Shown here piece by piece: positions 32,549 to 43,623 of a stretch of DNA of 64,000 nucleotides. The translations under genes were made by a program, and so were the position numbers. The stretch's first letter is position 1. Each line of letters opens with the position of its first letter. Location of the stretch: the NCBI GenBank assembly GCA_001643675.2, contig LSRY02000015.1, positions 1,612,001-1,676,000 of the forward strand. The letters run 5' to 3'. The stretch is from Monocercomonoides exilis PA203. Its lineage: Eukaryota; Protista; Preaxostyla. The notes under the pieces are model-generated. The model was not told the origin of the DNA, did no database searches, and saw nothing but the letters and a program-made list of their open reading frames with translations.

Positions 32549-34420
32549 ATGGGACAAGATAAAGGGAGGAAGATTAATCAGACCTTGAGCACATGCTTGC
32601 TGGAAGGGCAAAAGAGCAAAAGAAATATTGGAAGAAAGAGCTTGGGAAGATGGAGCAAAGCGAATGAGCGAGGAACAGCGGAGAGCTTTCAGAAGTGTGT
32701 AAAGGAGCAACTGGAGTCATGCATAATCAGTGTAAGTTCTGTGACTCAGGTTAAATTCAGAAACAATGTGTTTTTTGTCAAAAAGAAGTCTGGAGCCTGG
32801 TGTCAGATCATTGATTGTCGTCCCCTAAATGCAGCAATGAGGAGATTATACTTCAAATGTGAGAGCGAGAGAACTGAAGAACACTTCATTCAGAAAGACG
32901 GTTGTGCAATAACGTTGGATCTGGCTCAAGCATATCACCTCATCCCCGTCTCACCAGATTAAAAACCGAATCTCAGTTTTAGGTCCGAAGGAACAGATTA
33001 TTCATTCGAAGGAATGCCATTTGGATTTATGGATGCGCCAAGGATCTTCACAAAGATTATGAGGAAGGTTACAAGTGCCATAAAGGAAAGATGGAACGTG
33101 AGAGTGATTGCATATATAAACGACTCGATAATACTCCACCAGGGCAAAGTGTGTTTGGAAATAACAAAGATCCCAGTGATATTGTTCTTGGAAAGTTTGG
33201 GACTAATGGTTCACAAGGATAAATACCAGTTCAAACCAACAAAGGTATTCCCCTATATGAGTTTTAACTGTAACATAGAGGAATTCACAGTGAGGTTTTG
33301 ATAAGACAAAGCTTCTTCTTTTAGAGCTCTCCTCAGTAGCTGGGAGAGAAAGTTTGTCGAAGTTAAAGAAGTTCGTATCATTGATTTCGCTTCACTAATT
33401 GGGAAGATAAATGCAGTTTGTTTTATCAGATAAGAAGCTTTTCTCTGGATGGCAGCCTTGCATCTCCTGCTCCATTTGAATGTGAAGAGATTAGGATTGA
33501 GCGGAAAGATGAAGATGAATGTCTCTGTTCTGAAGGAGTTACGGGAATGGAAATGGATTCTGAACCTGAACAAGCCTCGACAATTACAAAGAGTGTTTTC
33601 TCCACAAGCGACACTCACAACGAATGCATCGGAGCTAGCAATGAGAGCGACACTTCGAATCAACAATAGAATTATGGACTGGCATGCAAAGTTCCACAAA
33701 TACGCTCGCAGCAAATCATCAAATTACAGTGAACCGTTGGCTGTGCTAATAGCACTCCACCATTTCTCACAAACAATCAGAACCAACAAAATATCTCAAT
33801 AAAAATTGAGGTCAGATAACATCCCTGTTGTTTACAATATCAACCGATGGAATGATGCAAAGACCTTCAGGCTTGTCCTTCGCAAAATATGGACGAGGAA
33901 AGAGAAGATTGAAATTCATTTGAGGGCTCATCACATTCCGGGACAGAAGAACAGCAGAGCGGATGCTTCATCTCGGTTGGGACGGGAGTGGGATTATTCG
34001 ATAACCGAAGATGTTCTCGGAAGAGTTCTTGCACTATCAAAAGTCAGATTAACACTCGATGCATTCATTGCTCAACACAATCACAAAATAAAAAGATGAT
34101 TCGGTATCTGAAGCCCCAAATCCGAAGACGAACAGTCAGTTCCATGGATTGAGGAATGCGTTCTTTCTCATCCTCCTATTCTCTGATTCCGATGATAATT
34201 CGATAGCTCAGCTGGAGAAGGTTCAAGTTGTTCCACTCCTTCAGAACTGGAAAGCCCAGAGCTTAGAAGCTCTTCTGCACGACAGCAACTTCTGCAATTG
34301 GGAGATGGATTACAACTTCAAGGAGTCGAAGGATTTCCCATCTGTGAGGAAGACAGGTGCATATCTTCCTCCTGGGAAGCTCAAGGTGATTTGGCAGAAC
34401 CCCTTAAGAGGAGAGGTCAA
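32549..34420 (+). pseudogene. Element A pol: reverse transcriptase / RNase H / methyltransferase-like, disrupted
   Basis: FFVKKKSGAWCQIIDCRPLN, TLDLAQAYHLIPV, MPFGFMDAPRIFTKIM, IAYIND (YxDD degenerate), LTTNASE, RSDN, HIPGQKNSRADASSR, LTLDAF. Several in-frame stops and frameshifts. Confidence 0.88.
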
Positions 34421-34639
34421 CAGTTGTGGAAACAAGCACTGGAACATAGAAATATTCGGAAGATCTTGGAGAACAGCGTTGCAAAGGAGTTGCACCCTCT
34501 TCATGGGATGGCTACGTTTTCGGCTTTGCAAGGTTTGAACAGCAATGTGGTTTGTGCGGGCATACAAAGATTCCAGACTATTTACTGTAATGGACTGCAA
34601 AATGTGCATATGTGTTTTTATCACCAAAGAATAAGGGAG

Positions 34640-35345
34640 TGAAAGAATCGATCTTTCAAATGATAAGAGCAGCTGTTAACTTTTTCTCAAAGCTCACATT
34701 CAACACAGCCTTTGGAGATATCCCAATAACAAGAACAATTTTTTGATCGTTCAGAAGGACTGACACTGCAAGAAAGAAGACAGCGCAGGAAATGTGGAAT
34801 ACAAAAACACTGCTTAAATACTATTATGAACTGGAACCCAATATCTATCTTTTTTTCAAAGCACTTACACAGAAAGTTATTACTCTCACAATGTTTTTCT
34901 CCGCCTGCAGTTTCACTGAATTGGAAAGTGTGGACATGTCCCAGTCTAAAATTACCGAGGATGGTGTTTATTTGTGAACCTCCTTAAAAACATCAAATAC
35001 CAGAACAGAGATCGCAGTTCCCCTTCTGTCAGAAGTTCCTTTCATTTGCTCAGCTTCAGCAATCAGGACATAATGATAAATTGTTCAAACAAAGAATTGC
35101 TGAACTTCTCATTTGTTGCTTGACACAGATTCCTTTGAGCCTTTCACTGTTTCTGGAATCAGAAGGCTGGTGAAAGATGCAATGAAAGAAGCAGGAATTT
35201 CAAGCATATTCACGACTTATTCTTTCAAATCCTCAACTCTGCCTGCGTTAACAATGGCTGATATTCCACAACCGCAAATTGCAAAGTTTGCACGACTGTA
35301 ACCAAGGACAAATATGTTGGTTGAGCATTATTTCAAGAGTCGATT
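34640..35345 (+). pseudogene. Element A tyrosine recombinase, disrupted
   Basis: MWNTKTLL, KVITLTMFFSACSFTELES, MKEAGISSIFTTYSFKSS, FARL*...EHYFK, collinear with the intact YR of element B. Catalytic Arg positions altered; stops present. Confidence 0.75.
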
Positions 35346-35979
35346 ATCCAAATCAATGGCAAACGTTATTGTGGAAACAATGAATGAGACAACAATGGAA
35401 AGAGAAGGAAGCCGCTCAGAAAATGGAGAATTAGAAAATACGAATGCCGAAGTTGCCAAACAAATGCATTCAGAGACTGTGTTGGAAGGCGAATCAATGG
35501 AAAGAATAGAGACAGAAGCTTGGAGAATCACAAAGATCCGCTGTGAAAGACACGAGAATCAAAGAAGTTCGACTTTCCAAGGAAAATCAAGTAAGATTCA
35601 GACAAGAACTACTACAAAAAGAAAGCAGAAGGACCAGGAATCAGACACATTCATAATAAGAACAAATGCCCAGTTGCGAAGATTTGAAAGAACAGAATAT
35701 GCAGGAACGGGAGAAACTCAAATATGTTGAAGAAGTTAAGCTACAAATTAACTGCGGTCTCTCAAATATGAAGAGAAGAAATCAAATATTAATGTTCTCT
35801 TCCAAAAAATGATTAGTTCTCAAATTTTATTATTTATTCTTTTTTGTGGAAAACAATGAAAAGAAAATACTAATTATTCATTGCATATTTTTGTTTTTGC
35901 GAAAATTTTCAAAAAATGTTAATGTTTCAGAGTCATGATATTTTTTCCATCTCATTAACTTAGGTATCCACAAAATTAA

Positions 35980-37648
35980 CTAATAGCACATCATGCAAAT
36001 TATTGATTGATTTTTCATAAAAAAAATCAAATTAAATAAAAATGTTTTCGAAAGACAAATAATGATATCTTTGAATCCTTCTTCATCCAATTTTTCAAAT
36101 AAGTTTGTTTTCTTCACGTTTCTTTCAATTTTCACTATCTTCATCTTCTTCATAATCTTCTTCTTCTTCTTCCATTTCATTTCTCTCCTTTCCTTTCAAA
36201 CTCATTGAAGACATATAAAGAAACTCCAAGTTTTGGCGAACAATTGTGTCTTTCAACGTTAAATGTTAAATCTCCTCCAAAACAGCATCATAGGCTCCAC
36301 ACTTCAATAAGCCATCAACTTTGATATTTCTGCATTCAGTCACTCTCCCAAAAGATTTGATGCAATCATCGTGAATCTTTTTTAAATTCTCCTTGACTGC
36401 TAAGAATACTTTAACAATGCTGCTTAAAAGTCGAATGCATTCTTCTTTCCTCAATTTGCCCCAGGATAAGAAGTCAAAAATTTTATTGATCCATCTCCTC
36501 AAAGCATTTCCTTCTTTCACTTCTTTTCCTTTTTCCTCATCTTTCTCTCTCTTCCAATCCACACATCTTACCAGTTCGTCCAATTCTCTTCTTGCCTCTC
36601 TCACGAAATGCAGCTCATTCAAAATCACTTCTTCAAAGCATTTGTCGAATCTCAATCTGTCCAACAAATACTCCCAAGCAGACTGATAGGCAAGTCGCGT
36701 CAGATAGTGATGCTCCTGATGATATTTCATTATTTCTGTCATATCATCCAAGAAAAGTTCTCTTTCAACATCCTTTTTCAAAAAAGGAGAAAATGATTCA
36801 ATAACATCAAAAATGAAGCAGAAATGCTCATTCATAAGATCCAGCGCAGCTCAATGCAAACAATGCAATTTCCGCCTCTTTTAGAACTTCATTGCTTTCC
36901 TCTTTGTTCGATGCAGCATTTACAAGGCAGCGAATGCAAATTAAAAGGTCTTCCCGCGAGAGCCAACAGCAAAGAAACAGATAACATCCACAAAGATCAG
37001 CCAGCAGGTTTTCATTCCTTGTATCTTTCTTCTCATTTTCATCAACTATCATCCTTTCAAATCTTTCTTTCAATAAAGATCCTTCAAAAGAATAACATAA
37101 AATTCATTTAAATTCACAATCACAGCATATGTGCTTCAATAGTGCAGTCTAAACCGGATATAATCACATTGAATACAATCACATTCGTTTATAGTCACAT
37201 TTTTCCATGCACCGATATTTTTTGATAGTTTTTCATTTATTTTTCATCTCATATAATCACTGAGCTGAAAATATAAAATGACAATTTTATTATTATGGGT
37301 GGATTTTTCAATGAAAAATCGATTTTTTGATCAAAAATTTCAAAAAATCGATTTTTCAAAAAAAAAATGTTAAAATTAGTCTGAATAACATAATAAAACA
37401 ATAAAAATTGTTATTTCTATTGAAAAATGTGTATTTGTCAAGTTTTTTCAAAAATAAAAAAATTGACCCAATATTAATTATTTCAAAAATCAAATTTCAT
37501 TTTTTTTCTGTGTTAAGTCACATCGCTTATAATCACAATCGGATATTGTCACAAAAAGTTATGCAAAAACCGATGAGATAATATCCGGTTTAGGCTGAAC
37601 AATTGTATTTTCAAAGGTTATTTTCTTTTTTTAATCGTTTTGCTCATG
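35980..37648 (-). pseudogene. Fragmented member of a lineage-expanded helical protein family
   Basis: Frames 36828-37073, 36266-36835 and 35980-36180 are collinear pieces (NENLLADLCGCY, EAEIALFALS, YHQEHHYLTRLAYQSAW, NELHFVREARRELDELVRCVDWKR) separated by frameshifts. The reading continues across the MITE (…FENTIV|LLKHI…) and is cut at DIRS element B. Motifs resemble a family I recall as highly expanded in Monocercomonoides. Confidence 0.7.
37145..37597. mobile_element. Tc1/mariner-type MITE (453 bp) inserted in the pseudogene
   Basis: TIRs cagtctaaaccggatataatcacat / atgagataatatccggtttaggctg (22/25). Flanks tg / aa are each one base from TA. Internal (a/t)taatcac sub-repeats; no ORF. Confidence 0.75.
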
Positions 37649-37656
37649 AAACAGAT

Positions 37657-37693
37657 CGCAGAAAGACAGGTTTACTCCGAGATAATGAGTATT
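37657..37693. repeat. 3' inverted terminal repeat of element B
   Basis: Reverse complement aatactcattatctcggagtaaacctg matches the 5' terminus aatactcattgtcgaggagcaaacctg (43558-43584). Confidence 0.85.
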
Positions 37694-38305
37694 GTTCACA
37701 ATTTATGGGTTGTTTAAGTGAGAACTTCGCCCTCCCCAAAATGACGTGGAAAAAAAGGGCGAAATAAAACACAAAACAATAACATTAATAATTGAAAAAT
37801 GAGATAATGCATTCTCCACTTCACTTCACCACCAGCTTCGCCTTTTCGACTTGGTCGCGAAGACCAGAGGGCAGGGGACATTGCCACTCGGAGCTCTCAC
37901 CTGCAGGCTGTGCAGGGATCCGGTGAGGCGAGTATTCTGTTCGGAGCAGAAAGAAGAACCACTCTCGCTTTCGCGAGGAGTGGAAAAGAAAACTGTCAAT
38001 GCAGGACTCTGCCTCCCGCTCTTCTGCTGATCCAGCAAAGCTAATCCACCCACCACGCGCTGTATGGATTGCTCTGACTCTTCCGTGTTAAAAACAATCG
38101 TTATCGTGTTGAGGAGAAAGCTTTTGATTGATACTGTTTATTCAATCTATTTGTATCTTTCCAGGCTCTAGGCGTACGCTAATCACTTCGTGCGTTTGAT
38201 CTTCTTTTCTCTCTTTCTATATTTCCCTTTATTCTTGTCATCTCCCCACACACTTCTGGCTCCCCCTCGCACCACTCAGCCTTTCGTCTCTCTATCCGTC
38301 TTGCT

Positions 38306-38402
38306 ATTATCTCGGAGCAAACCTGTCTTACTGCGTTTTTATTTATTCGCAATGGAGCGAATCTACAAACGCAAGGAGCAGGTTTGCTCCTCAATAATGA
38401 GT
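38306..38402. repeat. Internal complementary region (ICR) of element B
   Basis: 38306-38335 is the reverse complement of 37657-37686 (28/30). 38345-38402 is the reverse complement of 43561-43618 (48/58). The halves are joined by tttttattt. Confidence 0.92.
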
Positions 38403-38511
38403 CTCGAAATCCCTTTTCTTTCCGTATGTGTGATCAAAAACCCCTTTCCTAGCACGCTCCAGTGCAGCGGATGAGTTGAGAGCGTGCGTGTAGTGGTGCA
38501 GACCTCCTGAT

Positions 38512-39789
38512 CTACACCCGCTCCCTCTTGGGATATCTTTGAGGAAACATAGATTTGGCCCGTGCCTCTTCAGTGTCATTTCCTATCTGTCCAATACTTC
38601 TTCCGTTACGCCTCTTCCGATCTTTTCCCCTCTTCTTCAACGGAGTTGGATCCCTCTCTCCAGTTAGCTCACAGATGCTGTTGGGGATAATGGAGGGTGT
38701 CCTCTGACTACCTGGTCGTCGGGGTGTGGAGCTTCGTGACTGAGCCATTACACCTCTATTTACTTCTCCACTCAACAGCTTCTTTCTTCCTTTTGATCGC
38801 TTTCTCGCAAGTTTCTTCCCTTCTTCAGATCCCGCTTTGGGTAATTCATCGGTGCGATCTTTCATATCTGCATCTGCTATCTCCAGTGTCCCTTCCTTCG
38901 TGTCTCCGCTCTTATCTGTCTTATTATCTTCTCCCCTCTGGGGTACTGATCCACCGATTGTCTCCAGGATCCAATTTGTGTCTTGCACCGGTAACACGGT
39001 ATAGTATTCCTGGGCCACTCTCGAACCAGGCGCCAATCTCACATACGCATTGATTGCTTTCCAATCTGCGTCTTGTTGTCTTGCTAAGTGTGTAATCGCT
39101 GCGTGTCTTATTGAGTACGCGGAAAATGTATCAGGTATTCCGTTCTCTCTCAAAATAGCCGTTTGTTCTTCTTTCATCTTCTGCAGGGAAGCGGGTCTAC
39201 TCCCTTCTATGTCGAACCACACATGTTCGCACTTAAAGGTCGTCTTCACATAGTCCATCCAACATTGGAGCGCCCACACTGCATCGATACGTGGATTGGG
39301 GTGTTTCTTTATTATAACTTTGATAACCTCACCTCCAGACGTCTTGGTTCGTTCTTGTGTCTGGACAAAGTTTTCTATAAGTATTGTTGTCTCAATCCTC
39401 ATTCTTTCCAGCTCTGCTTGTCTTAACGCTCCAAAAATCATAGTGAGGATGAGAGCTCTCCTTTGGAAGATTTGTGTATTCGTCTTATCGTGGGTGGCTT
39501 CTGCCCATTTCGTGATGACTGTCAAGTCCCACATCGATTTGTATCGTTTGCCTCTTCTTGGTTTCTCCCCCACATAGGTCTTTAGAAATGTCTCTATGTC
39601 TTTCACGTCAACCTTAGTCTCTCTGAAGAGGTTAATAGAATCCAGCACCTTCCGTACTGTCTGATTTATCACTCCACTTGAGAGGTTTGTATTCGAAAGT
39701 GTTTCGATGAACTCTGCCATAATCCATTTGGCATCTCTAGTTGTGAGGGGGTCGGTATCATCCATGCTTTCTCTATCTTGGAATTGCAT
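38512..39789 (-). CDS. Tyrosine recombinase of element B (open ORF, 425 aa)
   Basis: MWDLTVI, FGALRQAELE (Arg), TKTSGG (Lys), AYSIRHAAIT (Y-x-x-R for H-x-x-R), RLAPGSRVAQEYY (catalytic Tyr), then a basic disordered tail. The ORF as called begins at a non-ATG codon, so the true start is uncertain. Confidence 0.85.
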   Translation of the reverse strand: MQFQDRESMDDTDPLTTRDAKWIMAEFIETLSNTNLSSGVINQTVRKVLDSINLFRETKVDVKDIETFLKTYVGEKPRRGKRYKSMWDLTVITKWAEATHDKTNTQIFQRRALILTMIFGALRQAELERMRIETTILIENFVQTQERTKTSGGEVIKVIIKKHPNPRIDAVWALQCWMDYVKTTFKCEHVWFDIEGSRPASLQKMKEEQTAILRENGIPDTFSAYSIRHAAITHLARQQDADWKAINAYVRLAPGSRVAQEYYTVLPVQDTNWILETIGGSVPQRGEDNKTDKSGDTKEGTLEIADADMKDRTDELPKAGSEEGKKLARKRSKGRKKLLSGEVNRGVMAQSRSSTPRRPGSQRTPSIIPNSICELTGERDPTPLKKRGKDRKRRNGRSIGQIGNDTEEARAKSMFPQRYPKRERV

Positions 39790-39899
39790 GAATCTTCGCA
39801 GCGCTCTCCACGTATCTCTTTCACTCTTTTGATTTTTCAGTATTGCTGCTGTTATATCCTTCGCTCCAATGTTTTCTCCCCACTCTTAAACGATGTCCC

Positions 39900-41830
39900 T
39901 TCCATGTGTATTTTCCTCTCCAGTGTAATGCTAATTCCCTCTCCTGGGGGAAATTTCCAGCCTTCCCTTCTCATCTTCGCTCCAGGTGTCATTCACTCCT
40001 GATAGGTCCCCAGGGTCTTTGTTAAATGCGCAGACTGCAGAAGCGGGGTCAAGGCCTGCCCTCGCCAAGCTGGAAGAATCAGAATCGTTAGTTCCCTCTG
40101 GGCTTCCTTCATCTTCTCCTTCAAGGTTCGTTCGATATCTCTTGTGACCGGATGGACAAGCACTATCTCGTTTTCTTGTGTTTTTCTCTCTCTCTCTTCC
40201 TTCTCACGGAGGATAGTCTCCCAGTTCTTCCGCAGGGCACCGGCGCAATCTGTTCAGAAATTATATCCAGTGTTCTCGGAACGACTATTTGCAATATCTC
40301 TGCGACTTTCTCCCCCTTCAGTGCATAATCCGGCTTTCTCGCCATCCGACTGAGTGCATTTGCTTCCGTGTTCTGTTCTCCCTGGAGGTGTTCCGTCTGT
40401 TATGTAATGTCCAGGCTGTTCAGTTTCTTCTCCAATGCTCTCAGTGTTGGAATGAGCGATGGCGCTACCCTCTTCTTCTGTATTGTCCATCTCGTGGACA
40501 TATTGTCTGTCCTCAGACGAATATGGTCTGTCTTCTGTTGTTTCAGCCATGCTCCCTTTCTCTCGACAGTCCTCAACACTGCTCTGGACTCCTTCTCGTT
40601 GATTGCAAGTGTGCTCTCCTAAAGGCTCCAACTCCCGTGGACATATATTTTCTCCTCATTGTTCTCTTTCGGTATTGTTAACACTGCACCCCATCCCAGC
40701 TCTGACGCGTCCGTTATTAGCTCTGCTGGTCTGTTCCTTCTCTTCAGACTCCTTGGTCTGTTTTCTTGTAGGGTCTTTCTCCAATGTGTTAATTCTCCCA
40801 GAATCATTGGGTTGACTATCACGATTCCCTTCCAGCCTCCGCGGGCTATTGCCTGCCTCAGTATGTATTGCATACGCTTCATCCACAAGCTCGCTGGTGG
40901 GTGTTGAAACCTCACAAAATTCAACCTCCCGAGGAGTGCTGCTAAGTCTCTCGTGTTTTGTCTCCTCCTTTTCTTTGCATGTGCTATCCATTTTCGCACA
41001 TCCTCCAGAAGCAGCACTCTCTTCCTCTCCTGGATCGTCACTTCCATCTTTTCTAAATTGAAAATCCATCCCAGAAACTCCATGCTCCTTGCGAGTTCCA
41101 ACTTCAGTTTCTCTTCCGACAGAATCCATCCCAGACTCCTCAGGAACTTGGCTATCTCCTGTGAGATCGATTTCTAAACTTCCCTGTCTGGGCATGAGGA
41201 GGATGTCGTCCAGGTGTATCACTAACTTCACTCTCCACTTTTCTCTGATATATGACGCCGCCCGTCTCATTATCTTCGTGAAAACTCTGGGCGCATCCTT
41301 TGCCCCAAACGGCATCCCTACGTGAGCGTAACATTGACTTTGAAAGCTGAAGCACAGATAGGGACTGAATTGCTCGTCCACTTTGACATGTTGATACGCA
41401 CTCGATATATCAAGAGTGGTCATCCAATTGTTCTCCTCTAGGAGTTCCACCACTGTCTCCTGGGAATCCATCTTGAAATGCTTTCCCCTGCACTTCCTCG
41501 TTAAGAGCTCTGCAATCCAGGATCTTTCTCCACTTTCCGTTCTTCTTTATCACCATGAATGTCAGGTTGAACAACTTCACCTCCGACTCCTGTATGGACT
41601 TCACCACTCCGTCCTTCAATACCTCCTCCAAGAGGGATAAATAATTGTTCGTCATTTCTGTCGTCCTCGAAAACTCCTGTTTGTGTTTTCTCTCCTCGAG
41701 TGAGATTGGGGACTGGGGACATTTCCATCGAACTCTAATACCACAGCTCACTAGTTTGTCTCCCCCAATCTTCTTCCACTCGCTCAGCCTGTTCACTTGT
41801 CTCCAAGGAATGAGCTCCTTCGGTGGTCCA
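39900..41830 (-). pseudogene. Element B pol: RT / RNase H / MT-like, frameshifted
   Basis: FMVIKKNGKWRKILDCRALN, TTLDISSAYQHVKV, GMPFGAKDAPRVFTKIMR, LVIHLDDILL (HLDD for YxDD), FLGW, LITDASELGWGA, INEKESRAV, RTDN, HLQGEQNTEANALSR, ILPAWRGQ, FPPG. Spread over several frames with stops. Confidence 0.9.
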
Positions 41831-42229
41831 ATCACTATACTCCCCTTCACTTCTGGAGTCTTGTGACCATATTGCAACTGTGTACTCTCTTCTCCTTCGA
41901 GAATATCTGCTATCGTTCTCCACAAGTTCTCCTCCAGGGTGCTCCCAATTGGGGACTTGATAACAGTCCCAGAAGCTCTCAAGACTCCCTTCTCGTTCCT
42001 CCTCTCGCTCATCTGTCCCATCACTCGGGGATATGCTGAGTCTTCTTTTGTTCTATTTGTGTCGTGTTGCGCGTCTTCTTTATGTATCCTTATCGCGCGA
42101 TCTTCTGTGGTCTCTTGTTCTCTTATCTTCTCGTGATCAAACATAATCACACCATCTCTGATAATCTCCTGCTGTTTCAAGTTTTCCTTTTTCATTTTTA
42201 TCTCGCAATGAGCTGCGGTTTCTTTTCGT

Positions 42230-43494
42230 TTAGTTATTTCGCTGGAGCCTGTCCCTCTCTCTTTTCTCTCTGTCTCGCGGCAAAGCACGGCTCTCTCTCC
42301 TCTCTCTGCTCTCGCGACCATTTGTTGGCTCCAATTGTTGATTCCATAGCTGTCCCTGCTTGGGTACTTGGGGGAGCAGGTGGCAATTGTTCAGTGATAG
42401 GGACTAGCCTCCCAGCAATGGTTGGGATGAACTGTGCTTGGAACTGGGGCATTCTCTTCTTTCCCTTGAATTCTGTGAAGCTCCTTCCGTATCCCCTTCT
42501 CTAAAGCTGTCTGTATTCAAATCCTTGTGTGCTCCTTCCCGAGCTGTATCTTCTCGGGGGTCCACTCCTGGCCGTTCCAAGGCCGAAACCTGTTGAGGAG
42601 TCGTGAGATACACCGTATCCTGTTGCATCTCCCTCTGCTTGAAAAAATCTGGTGCTCTCCACCAGCTTCTTCAGGTTATCCGGCACCTCCTTGGACATTC
42701 CTCCTTCTTCAAAACCTTTTGCGCTTTCCCAACCCGATTGGGTCATAACTTTCAGAAAGTTAATTCTGCTGATACAGTTGGCAATAAGCGTATAGGTGCA
42801 AAAGAGTCCTCTCAGTCGTTCTTTTTATTCTTCCATGAGGTGCGCCTTCCCTTGTTCCTTCACTGTCAGTGCTGCGACCGCTTTCGCTGCTTCAAAGCCC
42901 GATTCCAGGGCAGGCTGGAGGAGTTCGATTGCTCGGCTAGCTTCCGGTGAGTATCTTCTTCCGTTTGTTGTGCTGGCTGCTCTGGCCAGCGCATTCCAGC
43001 TTGTGTCCGTGTGTCCTGTAAAAAACTCCTTTTCACTCTCCGGGACAAAAGCGTTTTGGATATTCTCGCTCATTCTGACAGATCCAGCTTTGCAAAATTC
43101 AATAAACTTCTTAAGTTCACCCGTCTGTCTACTGGGAGTGAACAATTCCATGGGAAAATTCCAAAAAAGTCTTGTGAGCTTTCTTCTTCTTCCTGCTCTT
43201 CTGCGCTTCTTGAATCACTCTCGCAATCTTTTTCTTTGTCCCATCTCTTCATTTGGTTCATTGCACGACGGTCCCTCAACTGTTGCATGAGTTTCATCTT
43301 TGTCGATCTCTCTTTTCCTTTCTCATTGGGGTAGTTCCTCTTGCTCCGGAGCGACTTGTTCTTGTTTGGCTTCTAGCAATTTCTTCGATCATATTTTCCA
43401 CTCTCATCAGTCTCTGAGCCAGATCAAAATCCGTTCTCTCCCCGTCACTGTCAACCAATCCAACAGGATCATGTAGCATTTTTGATGCTGACAA
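42230..43494 (-). pseudogene. Element B gag-like ORF, frameshifted
   Basis: Collinear minus-strand fragments (43294-43494, 43070-43297, 42825-43151, 42501-42746, 42234-42452) between the 5' ITR and RT. Assignment is positional. Confidence 0.55.
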
Positions 43495-43557
43495 TGATGT
43501 TCAAGAAAATGTGAGTACTAGTTAAGTTTGATCTCAAACCACACATACAAAATAATG

Positions 43558-43623
43558 AATACTCATTGTCGAGGAGCAAACCTGCATCTTGCGTTCAAAG
43601 ATTCGCTTTATTGTGAATGAAAA
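43558..43623. repeat. 5' terminus / ITR of element B
   Basis: Inverted match to 37657-37693 and to the ICR half 38345-38402. Confidence 0.85.

Larger units (their letters stand above)
31539..35777 (+). mobile_element. Degenerate DIRS-like tyrosine-recombinase retrotransposon (element A)
   Basis: Order is gag-like relic, RT, RNase H, MT-like, YR. A 20-bp inverted repeat ttctcttcaaatatgagaga (31539-31558) / tctctcaaatatgaagagaa (35758-35777), 18/20 matches, brackets the GC-richer block. Confidence 0.85.
37649..43623 (-). mobile_element. DIRS1-like retrotransposon (element B), ~5.97 kb, full-length structure with ITRs and ICR
   Basis: On the minus strand: gag-like, RT, RNase H, MT-like, YR. 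ITRs at ~43558-43593 and ~37657-37693; ICR at 38306-38402 complementary to both termini; TTT at both ends and at the ICR junction. Confidence 0.92.

Noticed and set aside
37145-37597. CRISPR-like short repeats (ataatcac)
   Set aside because: Irregular, short, inside MITE TIRs, eukaryotic context, no cas genes.
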